A stretch of DNA of 53,619 nt, the filler included, from Circinaria calcarea (Eukaryota): assembly GCA_051942165.1 (NCBI GenBank). It is 2 parts of 2 records of this genome, joined end to end, with 100 filler letters (N's around TTAATTAATTAA, not from the genome) between each part and the next. Parts side by side here need not be neighbours in the genome. Positions count along the whole stretch, not along the records: positions 26,968 to 53,619 come from JAVECS010000075.1; 1 more part is not named here. One strand, 5' to 3'. Every line of letters begins with the position of its first letter. Position 1 is the first letter of the stretch. Under the pieces are notes generated by a model. That model made no database searches, was not told the DNA's origin, and was given only the letters and a program-made list of their open reading frames with translations. This document shows positions 37,733 to 51,605 of this stretch, in pieces. The position numbers were made by a program, and so were the translations under genes.

Positions 37733-38816
37733 GATAGCCTCTTTTACTCGGCGGGCGGACTTGGGTCAGGCCGTGAAGCGCCCTCCAGGAGGAAATGTTG
37801 ACACAGGCTAGGGGGCTTGAGGCTAGAAGTTCGCATACTCGTAGTGAGTGCAAAGTGTACTCCTGAGAAGCAGACAGATCACTGGAGGATGAAGTCTCTG
37901 GAGGATAGATCAGCCCGCTCGAGAAGCGTGTAAAGGAAGAAGATCAGTCATAGGCGAGTTCTCTATGCCCCCGACACAGGTGGAAGACCATGTTCGGAGT
38001 GAGCAAAGTGATCCCAATCAAAAGACCACAAAAGGACGCTCTACTGATTCAGGTGTGAAGTGCGTGTACGGACCACTTGTTAGCGTAGCAGTAGAGTCCA
38101 AGCATGTTGCATGTTTAGAAAGCATCTACGGTACCTGCTTCCACTCGCAGCGAGTGACGCGAATAGTTAGTTTCATGGCACGTCAAAATTCATTATAAAC
38201 ATGGGCGACCTCGCTAAGCTAAAGCAGCCGCCCTTTGCGACAAAAGGATCCTTCTTCGAATACAAGACAGCGTGACGGGCTCCATCAACCATCACCGGCG
38301 GATCTATTGCATCCTCACGCCTTGAAGCCTATTCGAACCTTACCGGTGGCCATCAACTAATCTGTGCTATTGCACTCGAATTGAAAACTACTGCAGCGAC
38401 AGCCGCTTGATGCAAAACCCTGATATACAAAGGTGAGGCTGGAGCTTCGATGATGTTTAAAACCCGAGTCTACTCGCCTGCGATTACTGAGCACCAAACC
38501 CTGGATGGTGGGAACGGCCCGGATCGCCAGCCCGCTGTATGAATGAGTAACGCCAAACCTCATGAATTCGTCGCCCTAGCTATATGCCCCTTTGCAAGAA
38601 AACTCCCGTACCAAGCCAGATTCCATCGACCCGATGATGGCCCCTTATGACCTACCGCCCAAAACCATGAGCCATACCGTAGTAGAACCCAGACGCCGAT
38701 GGCTAATGCTTAGAAAACGAGAATGCGTAGATCAAACGTGCGCAAAGAGGAGGCTTAATTGGTTTATATCCGGGTGGAGAGGACCATGTAGATGTTAGAG
38801 AACGAGTAACATATCG

Positions 38817-41800
38817 TTATCGGAGTGAAGACGTCCCGTGGAGTCCTCGCTGATTAGGTGCTTGCGAATGACTTGATTCTACGCGCGTTAAGAGAGCGGC
38901 AGACGTAAAATCGTTACTAGCTTCAAAGCTTGGCCGGATTTCGCCCATGGACAGTCTCATTCTATCAAAGGACGGCCGTGCTCGGTCAACAGATGCCCGA
39001 TGCGGTGGCTCCAACGAGAGCCGGTGACCTATATAGTCTGTACCGTCGCTGCCGTTATGACTTCGGGGATTGGAGGTGGTACCCGTCTGGGCTAGCGATG
39101 GTGGATAGATAGGCCTGGCGTCTTCGTCTACCAGATCACCCATCGTTTCCTTATCCGGTTTGACAGCGTTCGAGGAACTTGAGGCATTTGCAGAAGAGGT
39201 CTTTAAAGGCGGATCAATGGCACCATCGTACTCGTCCAAGTATTTAAATCTCCCTTGACGAATCTGCTCCCGTATGATGTCAATGTCTCGAGGTAAGAAC
39301 ATTTTTTGAGCGGCTTTCGATGCGAATCGAGGAAGGAGACATATTGCCACCGTCAGAAGTGACAAAGCCCAGAAGGTAAGTTGCCCGTAGACCTGAGCTG
39401 CACCTCTATAGAACTGTACGGAAGACGCGAAAGACGTGTATACCCCTGTCCAGAACCAGATGAGTAGTATGCTGATAGTGACCAGGAGCAGCATCAGCCA
39501 GTCCCATCTGTAAGTATTTAAAAGCACATAGACATTGACAACGACGATAGTGGCGCAAGCGACATAAACTCCGAAGCGGTCTCGGTCGTTGACATTCAAG
39601 CCATTACTTGTCACAAAGGTTGCCGGTGCGAAGAGCAGGTAAGCCATAAAGAAACATATCAAAGATTGATAGATGCCGTCGGACATGTAAATCCTAGCCA
39701 TTGTTAGTAGGGGTATTATGGATGACCGTCACCACATACCAGAATTTCATCCGCGTCCATTCCTTTCGTTCAATACCTCGGCGGTAGAGTTGAGGGACGG
39801 CGAGTGATACTTTGTCACTGATATCCTGATCAAGGATGCCCATGAAAGCTACAGGGAGCGACGTGAAGACCGTATTATAAAGCAGGATATAGCTGTAGTC
39901 GAAGAGGTATGTTCCATCGAAGTTAGTATATATTTGATACCAGAATAGGGCGAAAGTCCAGACAATGTTCTATTACCGCGTTAGACATGTCAACCATGGG
40001 CGCAGCTGAAAGAGAGGTACAGACCTTGTAGAAGAAGTTGGCAATGGTCTCTCCAAGCCGTCGATACGACCATCGACCATGGACGAGTACCAATCTCTGT
40101 AGAAACCTAAACTGCCCAATGGCATAGTCTGAGGTCATGACAGCTTGTCTTCCCTCTTCCCCCGCAATGCCAACACCTACGTCGGCTTCCTGTATCATGG
40201 CAACATCATTGGCTCCATCCCCTATAGCTAGTGTCATCACATCCAGACCCGTCTTTACCAACTGTACCACCGCTGCCTTCTGGCTTGGACTCACCCTGCA
40301 GCATAGCACAGATTTACACTGCTTGCACAACAGCAGGAATTTTTGGCGTAATACGTCGTCTAGAACCAACTGCAACGAGTCTCCGTCAATGACAATCGCG
40401 TGATGAGGCCCAGGAGGTTCGTGATTCTTGCGAGCTGCTTTTAGTTCTTCATCGGAGCCAGTGATTTTCAGCGTAGCCAGATGTTTGTCGAGCTCAACTT
40501 TGGCGCCTTCAACATCGTCGCTCGCCACCTTGAAGACGATTAAATCCATGTCGTTGTTGAGCAGATTGCATGAGAACCCAATGTTGATAGCCGTCTCGAC
40601 TTTATCGCCAGTTAAAACCCAGAGTTTGATACCAGCGTCTCCTAGAAGGGCGATCGTATCAGGAACACCTTCTTGTAAACGATCCTCTATTGCGGTGCCT
40701 CCAAGGAGTGTCAAGTCCCTCTCAATCGCATCCGAGACCCTCTCGAGCTTTTGTTCACGTTCTTGAACTGCCGCTGCCGCAATGTCATGCCCCCTATTCC
40801 ACACCTGGTACTCTTCCTCGCTAAGCTCTTTTTGAGCTATGCAGAGCGTCCTTAACCCTTCGCGAGCAAAGATCTCTAGATGCTCTGCTGTATCCTTTCT
40901 TAGCTGAGCTTGTTCGCCACGCCGTAAGCGGGAGTAAATCACACTATCGGCACCCTTGCAGAACAGAACTATCTTTCCGTCTGGCATACGAATTATTGCA
41001 CTCATGCGCTTCCTCGTGGAATTGAATTCTAGGGTGTTGAGAACCTGATACTCAACGTCCTTGCCGAGCACATTCAGGACAATTCCATCATTTGATCTGC
41101 CAAGGACGGTAAATCCACAATCGCGCGCTGTTGCGACAAGGGCGGCTTCGTCCGGCGATTGAGCCTTAAATTCGATCTTTGGAGGATCACCAGGGGTTCT
41201 TTCAGTGATGACTGTATGACAAAGAGCAAGGGCAAGCATGAACTGCTCGGTTGCTCTCTGCTGTTCAACCCCAGAAGCGCCATTGAGATCGCTGACGAAG
41301 TCCGGGGCAATAAATGTCAACTGATCATCGTGAAGGTACGGGTTCGGGTGAGTCCTATGCAGCTCCTCAAGCATCTTAACCCGATCCTCAGCGATCTGCC
41401 GATGAGCCCTAGCACCTTCTTTATCAATATCGATTCCCAGACGCTTTTGCGCACCGGCTTGGGCTTCTGTGAAGGCCTCGCCGTATGGGATACCATTGAT
41501 TGTGCATTTCTTAAACTCCATACAATTCTGAGTCAGAGTCCCGGTCTTATCTGAGAAGATATATTCAATCTGGCCCAAATCATCGGATATATTCCATGAC
41601 TTTGGAGTGCATGGGTAGTCGAGCTTCTCGTAGTACATGGATGTGTCGCTATAGATGAAGAATGCTTGAGCCGTTTTGATGATCTCGAGCGTGATGTATA
41701 GTGAGATGGGAACTAGATTTTGAAACAGGATCACAGCTCCCCAGAAAGTGATGAAACCATCCAACGACGGCCTCCCTCCGACCGATCCGAACTCGAAATA

Positions 41801-43549
41801 GTCTAGAGAGTTGTCGCCTTGCGACCAAGTGACTCCTTGAACTATTCCGGAAACCAGGCACATGAAGAAGAGGATGACGAAATTATAGATAACGTTCCAA
41901 TTTAGATCCCTCGTAATCCTGGAACGTTTGCTGGGAGTTATGCCGGAGTTAAGCATTATCTTGGTTTCTTGCCCTGTAAAGATCACGACCCCTAACACCC
42001 ATTCTGTATTTCGGAGAGCGCAGCCTCTAAGCAATAAATTATTGATAGAAAGGGGCTCCACCATCTCTTTTCCTGGCTCCTGAAGATTTTTCGCGTCCCT
42101 CTGGGTCCATCGAACTATTCCGCTGTATTGATACAGATTACCATGAGGTGGCTCGCTCTCAATAACAAATTCCGTCCTCTCACAGTCCCGCGCATGCTTT
42201 ACCCTCCGTCCGCAATGTAAAGCTTGTCGAACCTTAAGATTAGTTTCGCCATCAAGATTTGCTGTCTCGACGTAGCAAGCACCGTCCGGATCTGAAGTAG
42301 ATAGGATAGCTATATCTGCAGGTATCTGGTCATCATTGTAGATACGGACGAAGTCCCCCACTTCAACACTCTTCCAATAATCCTTTTTAAATCTAGCCTT
42401 TTCAGACACGTGTTTCGACGGATTTATAAGATTGCCATAGAGTTTAACGTTGGGTACAAATGGCTTTTGGCTAGCATCATAGAAAAGCTGAGGCCCTTCA
42501 CTCGCCTCGTTCAGTGTCTGGTCGCTGTCCTCGTAGGGTACTCCACTCTCTTCCCGGCTGTCCGCGAGCTCACCTTTGAAAGGGTCTCGGCCGTCCCTGT
42601 GCTGAGGTGATGGTACAGGGGTCATTTGAATGCCGTCTTCTTCCATCTCAGGTCCCGCCGAACTGATGGAATGGCGCGAGGAGACCATAGAAGCTCGTGC
42701 TGTACGTCTGGTCTCAAACGAGGGTCGAGGTGCATGCATGGCTCGCTCAGTATAGCCTTTTCCACCGCCTTGTTTGCCCTGCTTCTTAGCCTGCCACTTC
42801 CTGAACACTGATAGCAAGGTCCTCGTGGATGCTTTCTTGAACCTTCGCCAAATTGAAATGTCATGCCCGGATACGTTGACGTTGTTCCAGTCTACTAGTC
42901 GATGTACGGGGGAGTTGTTTAGCTCATTATCGAGCGCTGTTCGCCGCCAATCCTCGATGGCGTCCTTTACAGCAGTGATGAATAGGATGATGATCAAAGG
43001 GGCAGAATTCAGACCAGGATTGGCAGCACCGAATATTGGGAAGATCTGGTAAAAGGCGAGTGAGCAAAGAAATCATGAGGAAGGCAGAAAGAGAGAGCAT
43101 ACCGCGAGGATGACCAGGAACAGAAAGTAGATATTCGCTATGTTGTGGAATTGATACCAGAGATTTTTTGGCACAAATGTCAATGGTGTATATTTCGCGG
43201 TCCTGATTTTATTGCGGCTGAAATTCGCATGGTTGTGTCCATCCTCGTCCGTGGCATCCTCAGGTAATGGTATATTGAAGAAAATCCTTCGGTTGCTCTC
43301 ATTACCCTCACCACCCTCATTCCGAATCCTCTCGTCTTGCTGCCGACCAGCCTCGTTAGATTCTCCCAACGAATCTGTTCCAGCCGATTCCCTCTTTTTC
43401 TCGCCCGCACCAGTGCCCTTTTGGAATCTGCTGGCGATACCGCGACGTTTGTTGCGACCACTCAAGCTGGCAACTCTCTGCGTCGCCCATCGTATGCGCT
43501 TGATAGGCATCGAGACGTTGCTGTCCTCGGGAGATGGCCGAAGCGCCAT
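38817..43549 (-). CDS. DNF1: P4-type ATPase phospholipid flippase (Dnf1/Dnf2-like), ~1524 aa; exons 43549-43103, 43045-40025, 39969-39740, 39693-38817
   Basis: '[11 protein letters not shown]', 'LDGETNLK', 'PISLY', phosphorylation site 'DKTGTLT', 'TGDKVETA', 'GDGANDVAM'. Confidence 0.93.
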
Positions 43550-44709
43550 GGCGATGAAAGAAGGGCTAGGGCGTGTTCATGAAGGGAGGGGGGTTGTTTG
43601 CAGATTCACTGGTTAAAGGTTTTTGAATAACTCGTAGCCCGTGGTCGTGCTTCCCGTCAGGTCAAAACGTCCACGATGTCTCTTGTATCTCCCGGCAAAT
43701 ACGGTCGGTGGCTCAATTCCTTGGCGGAGGGCAACAGAATGTCAGTCCCGGGTATTGCGGGTCAGCTCTCCACGAGATTGGAAAGGGGAACGGACAGCGT
43801 TTTCGTAGAAGCTTGGATAAACTGTAGTCTCTGGCATCTCAGTCAAGCGCATTTGGTTAATAGATGGAGATGATGGAGGAAGTGCACGGGGTGATGTGGA
43901 GCAGGACGATGCAGACGGCAGACCACTCGTCTGACAAATATCGGGGTCCGAGATCCAGGAGGCGGGATGATGCAAGGTAGATTCCTTATATGCAACGGTC
44001 AACTGGAACCGCAGCGATGAAATTCGCAGTTTTGTCAGCGGTCAATGTGACTTGACACTGCACACCGTCATGTCCTGGGTCAAACGGGGGGGGAGCGCTG
44101 AAAAGGAAATACCGGAAGAATGCCTCGAAATGCTAGATGAGGCTATCCTTCGGCGTAATCATGTTCCCTCAGCCCACCACCTGAAACTCTCGCCGCAGTG
44201 CTTACCTTACTGTACGTGCTTACCAAACAAATAATGCTGGTTAGGTGGCATTCTCGGTTGGCCGAATACCGAGGGGATTATTATGCTGCCATTGCACAAG
44301 TTTTTATTTTAGATCTACGGAGTACCACCATGTATGTACTTATGCGGCCATGTCGTATTGCATCTGATCCACCTGCCATTCATCAATGATAATACCCCCT
44401 TTGACACATACTCGACCATCCATCACACAGATGGACGGACTACAGTCATGTTAACCACTACTGCCTATGATGGGGAGTACTGCTGCTTGTCCTGTGCTGC
44501 GGTACTCCTCTACTTTCAGGTTAAATAGGTATCTGTTGGTTTTCGGTGCACAGGGTTAACCGTTGGCCGCTCGCCTACTCCGTACTCCGGTAACGCGATA
44601 GGGTTGTTTCCGTAGGGCTGCCCAATGAACGGAATCATGAACGACGCGTTCAATCCGTTCACGTCTCCGGGCCCGCTCTAGTCGATACAGCCCTGAGGCG
44701 GGAGGAATC

Positions 44710-47139
44710 ATGTACAAGACTCGCAACATTACCGACTTCTTCAAGCCCTTTGCGCAACCTCCCTCCAAGAAGCGCGTCCGAGAAAATGATAGAACTAGCC
44801 CGGACAAGGTCTTGGCATGCGAACGCCCACGCTCAAAGAGCCCCAGGATTATAAAGGCGGAAACAGCAGCAAGCATACCGTTCATCCTACCCTCGTCCTC
44901 CTTAACTTCCAGTCTCACCTCTTTGGATAGCGATGCGCGCTCGGAAGAGGAAAAGGAGGAAAAGGAGCAGAAGGAGAAAGGGCGGGCCAACAGTGTCCTA
45001 CGCGAAACAGATGGGATGCCAGTGACTGCAGGCTTTGGGACTAATGGCTCGCAAGGACCAGTCCTCACAAGCAGTCAACGCGTCATGAGAAAAGGCCAAG
45101 TCATGATAACGAACTCCGACGACGAGTCAGACTCGGGGACTTCATCGGATGACCTTGACGAGCTATTAAATCTGACCCGCCACAATGTCCACTCATCTCC
45201 TTCTACGGAGGCTGATCTCTTACCGTCGACCTCGATGAAAAGAAAGCGGTCCAGTGAAGAACGCCGTGTCGGTCGAAGAAGAAGTGGAAAATGCAAAAAC
45301 ATTGCTCAGCCTCCGGATGCTCTCCCCGTTATGCCGAAGTACAGGTTCTCCCTACAGTCCCTAATAGCTCAGGCCGAGGAAGATGAAGCAGCGGAAACTA
45401 GCGCAATGCAGGCGAAAGAGATCGTTGATGCGTTAGATGAGCATAGGGCGGCTCGTGAAGCTAAGCATGGCCCGGTCGGGAGAAACCATGGCAAGGAAAG
45501 TGCTAGTGAAGGCCTTCTAGTTTCCATGATGGAGAAGAAAGGAGAGGGCGAGAGCATTGATAGACTTGTACAGGCTATACAGCGAACAGAAGCTTTGCAC
45601 CAGGAAAAGTCCTGGTCGTTCTTCACTTCTGCGGAACCCACCAGTCCACATGAGATCGCGGAATTCCCTCGCTCCAATTCGCTAGGGATATGGCATGATA
45701 TACTCAACGGTCCGTTATAAGCTAGCTTTTCCTGTGCTTTGCTAAGAAGCAACAGATGGAGTGGATCGACAGCGAGCTTTCCTAGATGGTTATGTCGGGG
45801 AGGTGGCTGAGAAGGGCAGGCTTCCAGACGAAATCCTGTCCTGGATCATCGATGCTAGTTAGTCGCCCCTCGCATGCAAGTGATGGATCGCTCTAAGTCA
45901 AAGTTCTAGCATGCATCGAAGGCTCAGAGGTACTTCGAGATGCCTATGTCTCGACACTGGTGGTATGATCCAATGGTTCCTTGAACTGAGGGGAAATTCT
46001 GAGACACGCATAGACCGCAGCAGACCAAGTTAAATCCTTGTTAACTCCATATCGTATTGACTTGCTCTTTCGAAGGCTTACAGCACCTGATGAGGCTGTT
46101 GACCTGGACCGCCTGGTAACCCCTGTGATACAGCCGTCAAAAAAAAGTGAGTAACAGTGTGATGTACTTAAGAACTTCATGCTGAGCTCTCTTCAAGGCA
46201 ATAGTCTACCTCAAGAGTGGTCAAGACTAATATCTGTTCTTAATTTGCTTGCAGGCATAGCGGAGAGGTGAACATTGAGTCAATCTATCTTATCGCATTT
46301 GGCTAACACTACTTCACAGTATGACCGCAGATGCTCGTACCCACGCTCTATGTCTTCTATGTCGCCTTGCCCTAGATGCTACTGCTATCAATAACGGCCA
46401 CGTTACGATAGCATTTGAGGATGCCTTTGCTAATCTAATTGACTCGGTAAATTCTACACAGTACGATCACGAGGTGAGTATAGCTTCATCACTCAAGAAA
46501 TAGCGATTTGACAAAGTTAAGGTACTGGTGGTCTTAAGCACAATTTATCCACAAGTTGCGGATGCGCAGCTCCGCTTGCAATTGCTCCGCAGCGTCCCGG
46601 CTTCGTCAACCCGACTGAACTGCTTTCGCCAACGGTTGGCCATGGCATTCTTCTATGAAGATTCATCCTTTTTAACGAAACAGCCTGTAGACCTTATCAT
46701 CCTGTCAGATGTTGCCAAACATCTCCGACAGCCTCAATTCACGATCGGACAGGACACTGATTACTCAAATTTAGCAGCGTCCGTTGCCATTCTCGACATT
46801 GGTCTAGACAATGGTAACCCTCCAAGGTCAATAGTAGCTATCCAGTCAGAGGATGGGTTCAACAAGGAGGTCGACAGCTTAGCTAAGGCGGTGAAAGGCA
46901 GGTTCATGCGGATCATAGACAGTGGGGCTTCGCACATGCTGAGGACGGAGGCTAAGGATGTGCTTGAGGCATTGCACTGCCGACTGACATTTGCAGTGAG
47001 GACGAAACAGAAGCCAAAGGCGAATCCATTTGCAGATCCAGGGGTGGAGACTAGCCAACTGGCGGATTCCGGAGCATTCATGAAAGCCTTTCTTGCCAGG
47101 CAGAAAGAGAATGTTCAGTCAGATGTGAGGCAGGCGTAA
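44710..47139 (+). CDS. Conserved fungal hypothetical protein (disordered N-half, helical C-half), tentatively Nse6/SLF2-like; about 7 exons
   Basis: ORF 44710-45709 links through canonical introns (donors 45710, 45858, 45963, 46148 and two more) to the terminal exon ending 47139. Motifs include 'NITDFFKPF', 'NSDDESDS', 'LPDEILSWIID' and 'IIDSGASHMLRTEAKDVLE'. The family call is from recollection only. Confidence 0.7.
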
Positions 47140-47387
47140 AACAGGGACATCATTCCACGGGGCTCTCTAGAGGCATTGTAAGGTATGAAGCCTCGAGTTA
47201 CTGGGGCTCTCAAATTATCTTTCGTACAAGACAAGTGTCACTTCTAGTTCTCCGCATAGCCTCCCCAATAATGCATGCAAGAATTAGAAACGACACGAAG
47301 CAATATGCATATACCATTTGCAGACATCTTAAAGTATACCGAACCCGCCAAAGGTCTTTCGCTAGCTGTACACAAGTGAGGAAAAGC

Positions 47388-48180
47388 TTAATCGTAGAAT
47401 TTCCGATTCTCGTTTTTGCCAAATAAACTCGTCCGGATCATGGGCAATGCGTCTGTTTCGAGAAGTCTCAGTCGCTCTTCAAAGGTATTGTTGATGTCAA
47501 TCTTGCCATTCCCTCCAACAATCGAGATGCCGCCAGAGCTATAACCTATCAGTCTACCTACAACCACAGCGCGTTTGAGAAGATTGGACATACGATCCTT
47601 CGGGTTGAGGGTTCTTTTCGTCTAGCTCAATGGTGATTTCCTTTGATATTTTCTGCTTGTATTCCTTTTTCGCATCTTCGATGGACTCCTTCACCACGCC
47701 GTAGTCCTCTTTCCTAGCCCTCACCGCCACTTTATCCTCGTTCAGCGCATAGAGGCCCTCGAGTATGAGGTTCTTGCAGATTTCCCGATATTTGCCCTTG
47801 TCCTCGGTGTACCCCCTTAACTTCTCACTTGCTTTCTCAAACAGGTTATCCAGAAGCTCTTGCCTTGCACTGAGTACCTTCAATCGGGTCTTGTTGGCGA
47901 GGGTAGAGCGAGTTATCTGCTGAGACATCGAGGCTTGCTTGAATTTCTTCTCGTACTGGGAGTCAATGGACGAAGTCTCTTGGCGGACCAGCTTGGATTT
48001 CTCGATTGCGAACTCTTCGTCGGCTTTGATCTTGATCTCTTTGGACTTTTCTAGGGCTTCTTGCCGGATAAACATTGTCATCTTCTTGAGCTCCGAAGAG
48101 ACCTACAGCATGTGAGTCGTGTAAACAATTCCGGTTGTCGAACACTACCCTACCTGGTCGTCCGACATTGCGTGTGACAT
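47388..48180 (-). CDS. VMA4: V-type ATPase subunit E, 228 aa; exons 48180-48154, 48102-47594, 47538-47388
   Basis: 'MSHAMSDDQ|VSSELKKMTMFIRQEALEK..EIKIKADEEFAIEK...SGGI..GKIDINNTFEERL..LFGKNENRKFYD'. Confidence 0.96.
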
Positions 48181-48762
48181 CTTGCCAGCCAGAAGCTGAA
48201 CACTGACAAGATTCTAGTGGCTTGACTGCACAACACTACTTTCTAGATGTTGCGCTGTTGTTTAACGACTTGAAAAGATGGAACGTTGGTGGATGAGGTT
48301 TGGAGGACCAGGCGACGGGGCTGTATCAATTAGTTATTGGACAGCCAGCAAGAGAGGAAGTGATCTCAAGTCTTGCCGGAGGTGAACAAAGCTACCCTGC
48401 TACCTATACCTGAACCACAATTAGATAGACGTTATCGACGGGATGCAGTACTTTTACTATTACGTAGAGCCAGAGGTGGAAATCCAATTGATTAGTACAG
48501 TATGTACTTCGTAGATGCGGTAGGGTCCAAGCTTCGCTGTGCAATTGCAGATCTCGGCCGACGGCCGATATTCGGGCTTGGCTAGAGGACCAGCCCTTGG
48601 GAACTTCATCACGTTGCTAATACTGCAATTATATGGATCTACTACTATTGCCAAAAACAAAAGCACTTCCCAAAAGACATCATGTCGGCAGTTCGGTAGT
48701 ATTCCTGGCTGTCTGAAGCGAAGGAACAGGAGCAATCTCATCAATGAACGTCGAATGTCCAG

Positions 48763-50579
48763 ATGGGGCAATTGGGTGACCTATCGCACCAGGGCAGTGT
48801 CGCTGTATGTAACCAGTGCCGTCGTTGTCTATCTTAGGAATTCGGTTACTGATGTTCAAATTCTGCGCAGGTTGGTGTCTTCGTCGGACTCGTATCAACT
48901 AGCATACAGAGTCTTGGTCTGACGTTACAGCGAAAGTCGCATATCCTTGAAGACGAGAAAGATCTCCAAGATGCGCGGCGGCCTCCGTACAGGCGACGGA
49001 GGTGGCAAGTGAGAATGAAAGACGTTCTGGGTCGAGAGGGTAGCTAATACGGATACTATAGCTGGGCATGCTCATGTTTATTGTAGCCAATTTAGTTGGT
49101 AGCACCATCCAAATTACGACCCTACCTTTGCCGGTTCTCTCTACACTTCAAGCGGTACGCTCAAGTATCTAGAATTAATCATGGAGCTACACACTAATAC
49201 ATTTCAGTCTGGCCTGGTCTTCAATTCTATTTGCGCAACGTTGATACTCGGGGAGCCCTTTACCAGGTGGTCATTTGGAGGGACCGTGCTAGTCTGTGGA
49301 GGAGCGGTACTCATTGCAATCTTTGGAGCAATCGCAGAACCAGCGCATAATCTAAACCAGCTTCTCATGTTACTTGGCCGAAGACAATTCGTATTATGGA
49401 TGATAGGGCAGGCCGCCTTGGTGTTGGCGATCATCATGGGGATCCAGGCTTTCAAGTTCTTGAACCCTAGGATCAGCAATACTCCTCAGATACGGCTCCT
49501 GCGTGGTATGGCTTATGGCTGTATCAGCGGCATACTGTCGGCCCATTCTCTGTTAGTTGCAAAGTCTGCTGTTGAGCTGCTCGTCCGCACACTGGTGGAT
49601 CGCAAAAATCAGTTCAATCGATGGCAATCTTGGATTATCTTACTTGGCCTTCTTGCACTGGCCCTTTCACAGCTCTACTACCTCCACCGGGGTTTGAAAC
49701 TTTGTTCTACCAGCATATTATACCCATTTGTTTTTTGCGTGTACAATATAATAGCTATTCTCGACGGTCTGATATACTTCCACCAAACTTCTAGACTTTC
49801 CGTCCTAGCTGCCCTTATGGTAATCAACGACTAATCTTAGTTGCTGAATATGTGAGCTAACATACGTGAAATAGATCGCACTCGGCACTGTAATTCTCTT
49901 GGCTGGCGTTCTCGCCCTCTCTTGGCGCCTCAGCAACGACCCGATCACCCGACCTTCCATCCCTCAAACGCCCCTAACACCTGGAATGGGGTTTGTCTCC
50001 GACGATAGCGATTCCGAAGCCGAGACCAGCCTTCTCCCCAACGATGAGCCGGCGGACGATGAAGAATCACAATTCCCATCGGAAAGCTCCCCACTTTTCC
50101 TTTCAGGACACCAATCTGCCACCGCCAATGGTAAAGCGTATGATGGCTTAACAGCCACCATTAAAACCAGCCTTAACCAAAGCCGACTCCACCGGAGAGC
50201 CCTCGCCGAAGCGGATGAGATATTTAGGGAACTCGAAGAAAACGATTCTCCCACGTCTCAGTCCCCATTTTCAAATCGGAGGTCCAGCGCGAGAAGCACG
50301 CCTTCCAGACTTCGACCCCACAGCGCTATAGAAAACGATAACCCTAACCCTCCACCTCCACCGGATGAAACTACAGGTCTGCTGGCTCGGTCGAGTAGGG
50401 GAAGGAGTTACAGGGAGAAGAGAAGGAGGCGGTCGATGCCGTTAGGGGACAGTGAAGGCTGTAAAAGGCGAGGCGACGGCGCGCAGGATGCCCTTGGTGG
50501 ATGGTGGAAGATGAGGTGGTGGAGAGGAGAAGGGAAGGGAAATGGCAAAGATGACGACGGTAGAGATGCTGGGGCATGA
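48763..50579 (+). CDS. NIPA-family (DMT superfamily) putative Mg2+ transporter; exons 48763-48804, 48871-49008, 49062-49154, 49208-49819, 49875-50579
   Basis: 'STSIQSLGLTLQRKSH...RRRRWQ|LGMLMFIVANLVGS..LPLPVLSTLQA|SGLVFNSICATLILGE', multiple hydrophobic helices, 'QLYYLHRGL'; four canonical introns. Confidence 0.85.
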
Positions 50580-51605
50580 CGTGGTGTGAGTCTACTTTTG
50601 TGGTATAGCATTGCGATGGCGCGGATGATCATGGGATGAAGGACACATGGGTACGGTGTCGGGACGGCGGCATCTAGGTACAATAGATCACTAGAGAACC
50701 CTACAGGTGCACCAAATTTTAGACCATTCAGGGTGGTTCCAGCGAACGGACAGTGGATTGATGATAGGGTTTGATAAAACCTCAGGAGAAGAGTCGAGTT
50801 TTACTTGGCCCTACATCGATCAGCGGCGTTCCTAGGGGAATGTCGACATATACTGCTTGTATAGGAAGCTGCCCTTCGATCATCGCGGGCGTAGTGAGTA
50901 GGGATGGCGAACGTGGGGTCAGCTCCCTACGGCAATATCGGAGTGTCTCATCTTTCATGATTTCTCTGTTACCATGTTTTGGGGGCCGGGGAAGCATTTC
51001 CACCAAGGGGGGAGAATGGGACATGAGAACAGTAGAATGACCCGACAAGTTGGGTAACTCCAAGGACCTTGGGATCTCTTCACCGTGACAATGGACCAGT
51101 ATCGTTGCTGAGTACACCTTCCGCTGACTTGTCCGTTGCCAGTTTCAAACATAATAAGCAGGGGGCGGATAAGCTACGAGGAGTTTACTCTCTTTGCGGA
51201 TCCTCACATTGCAGACAGGCAAGCAAGCCAAACGTACATATTATTTCTTTTAGAGCCATGCCAGTAGCCATCCATCTCTACACATGTCAACATTATGTTG
51301 AGTCAGCAAAGCACCTTCCCTACGCTTTACAACTGTTTCGACCTTCCAACGCAAGAAGTTTCACAGACATTTTCATCATGAATATGATGGAACCGTACAC
51401 GGAGCAAAGACGACTCCTCATGATGACCAGAGAGAAGGTCCAGATCATTGACAATCAGGCCGTTTTAACGCCATGTCGTAACATGCCGACGCCTAGAGTC
51501 ACTAACCAAAAGCAATTCAAACAACCCGGCAATTTCGGAGTATTTGGTATTGGGTATCAATGAATAACAGAGTCGCGTCTGTTTTCCCTGTGTCTTCCCC
51601 TCTTC

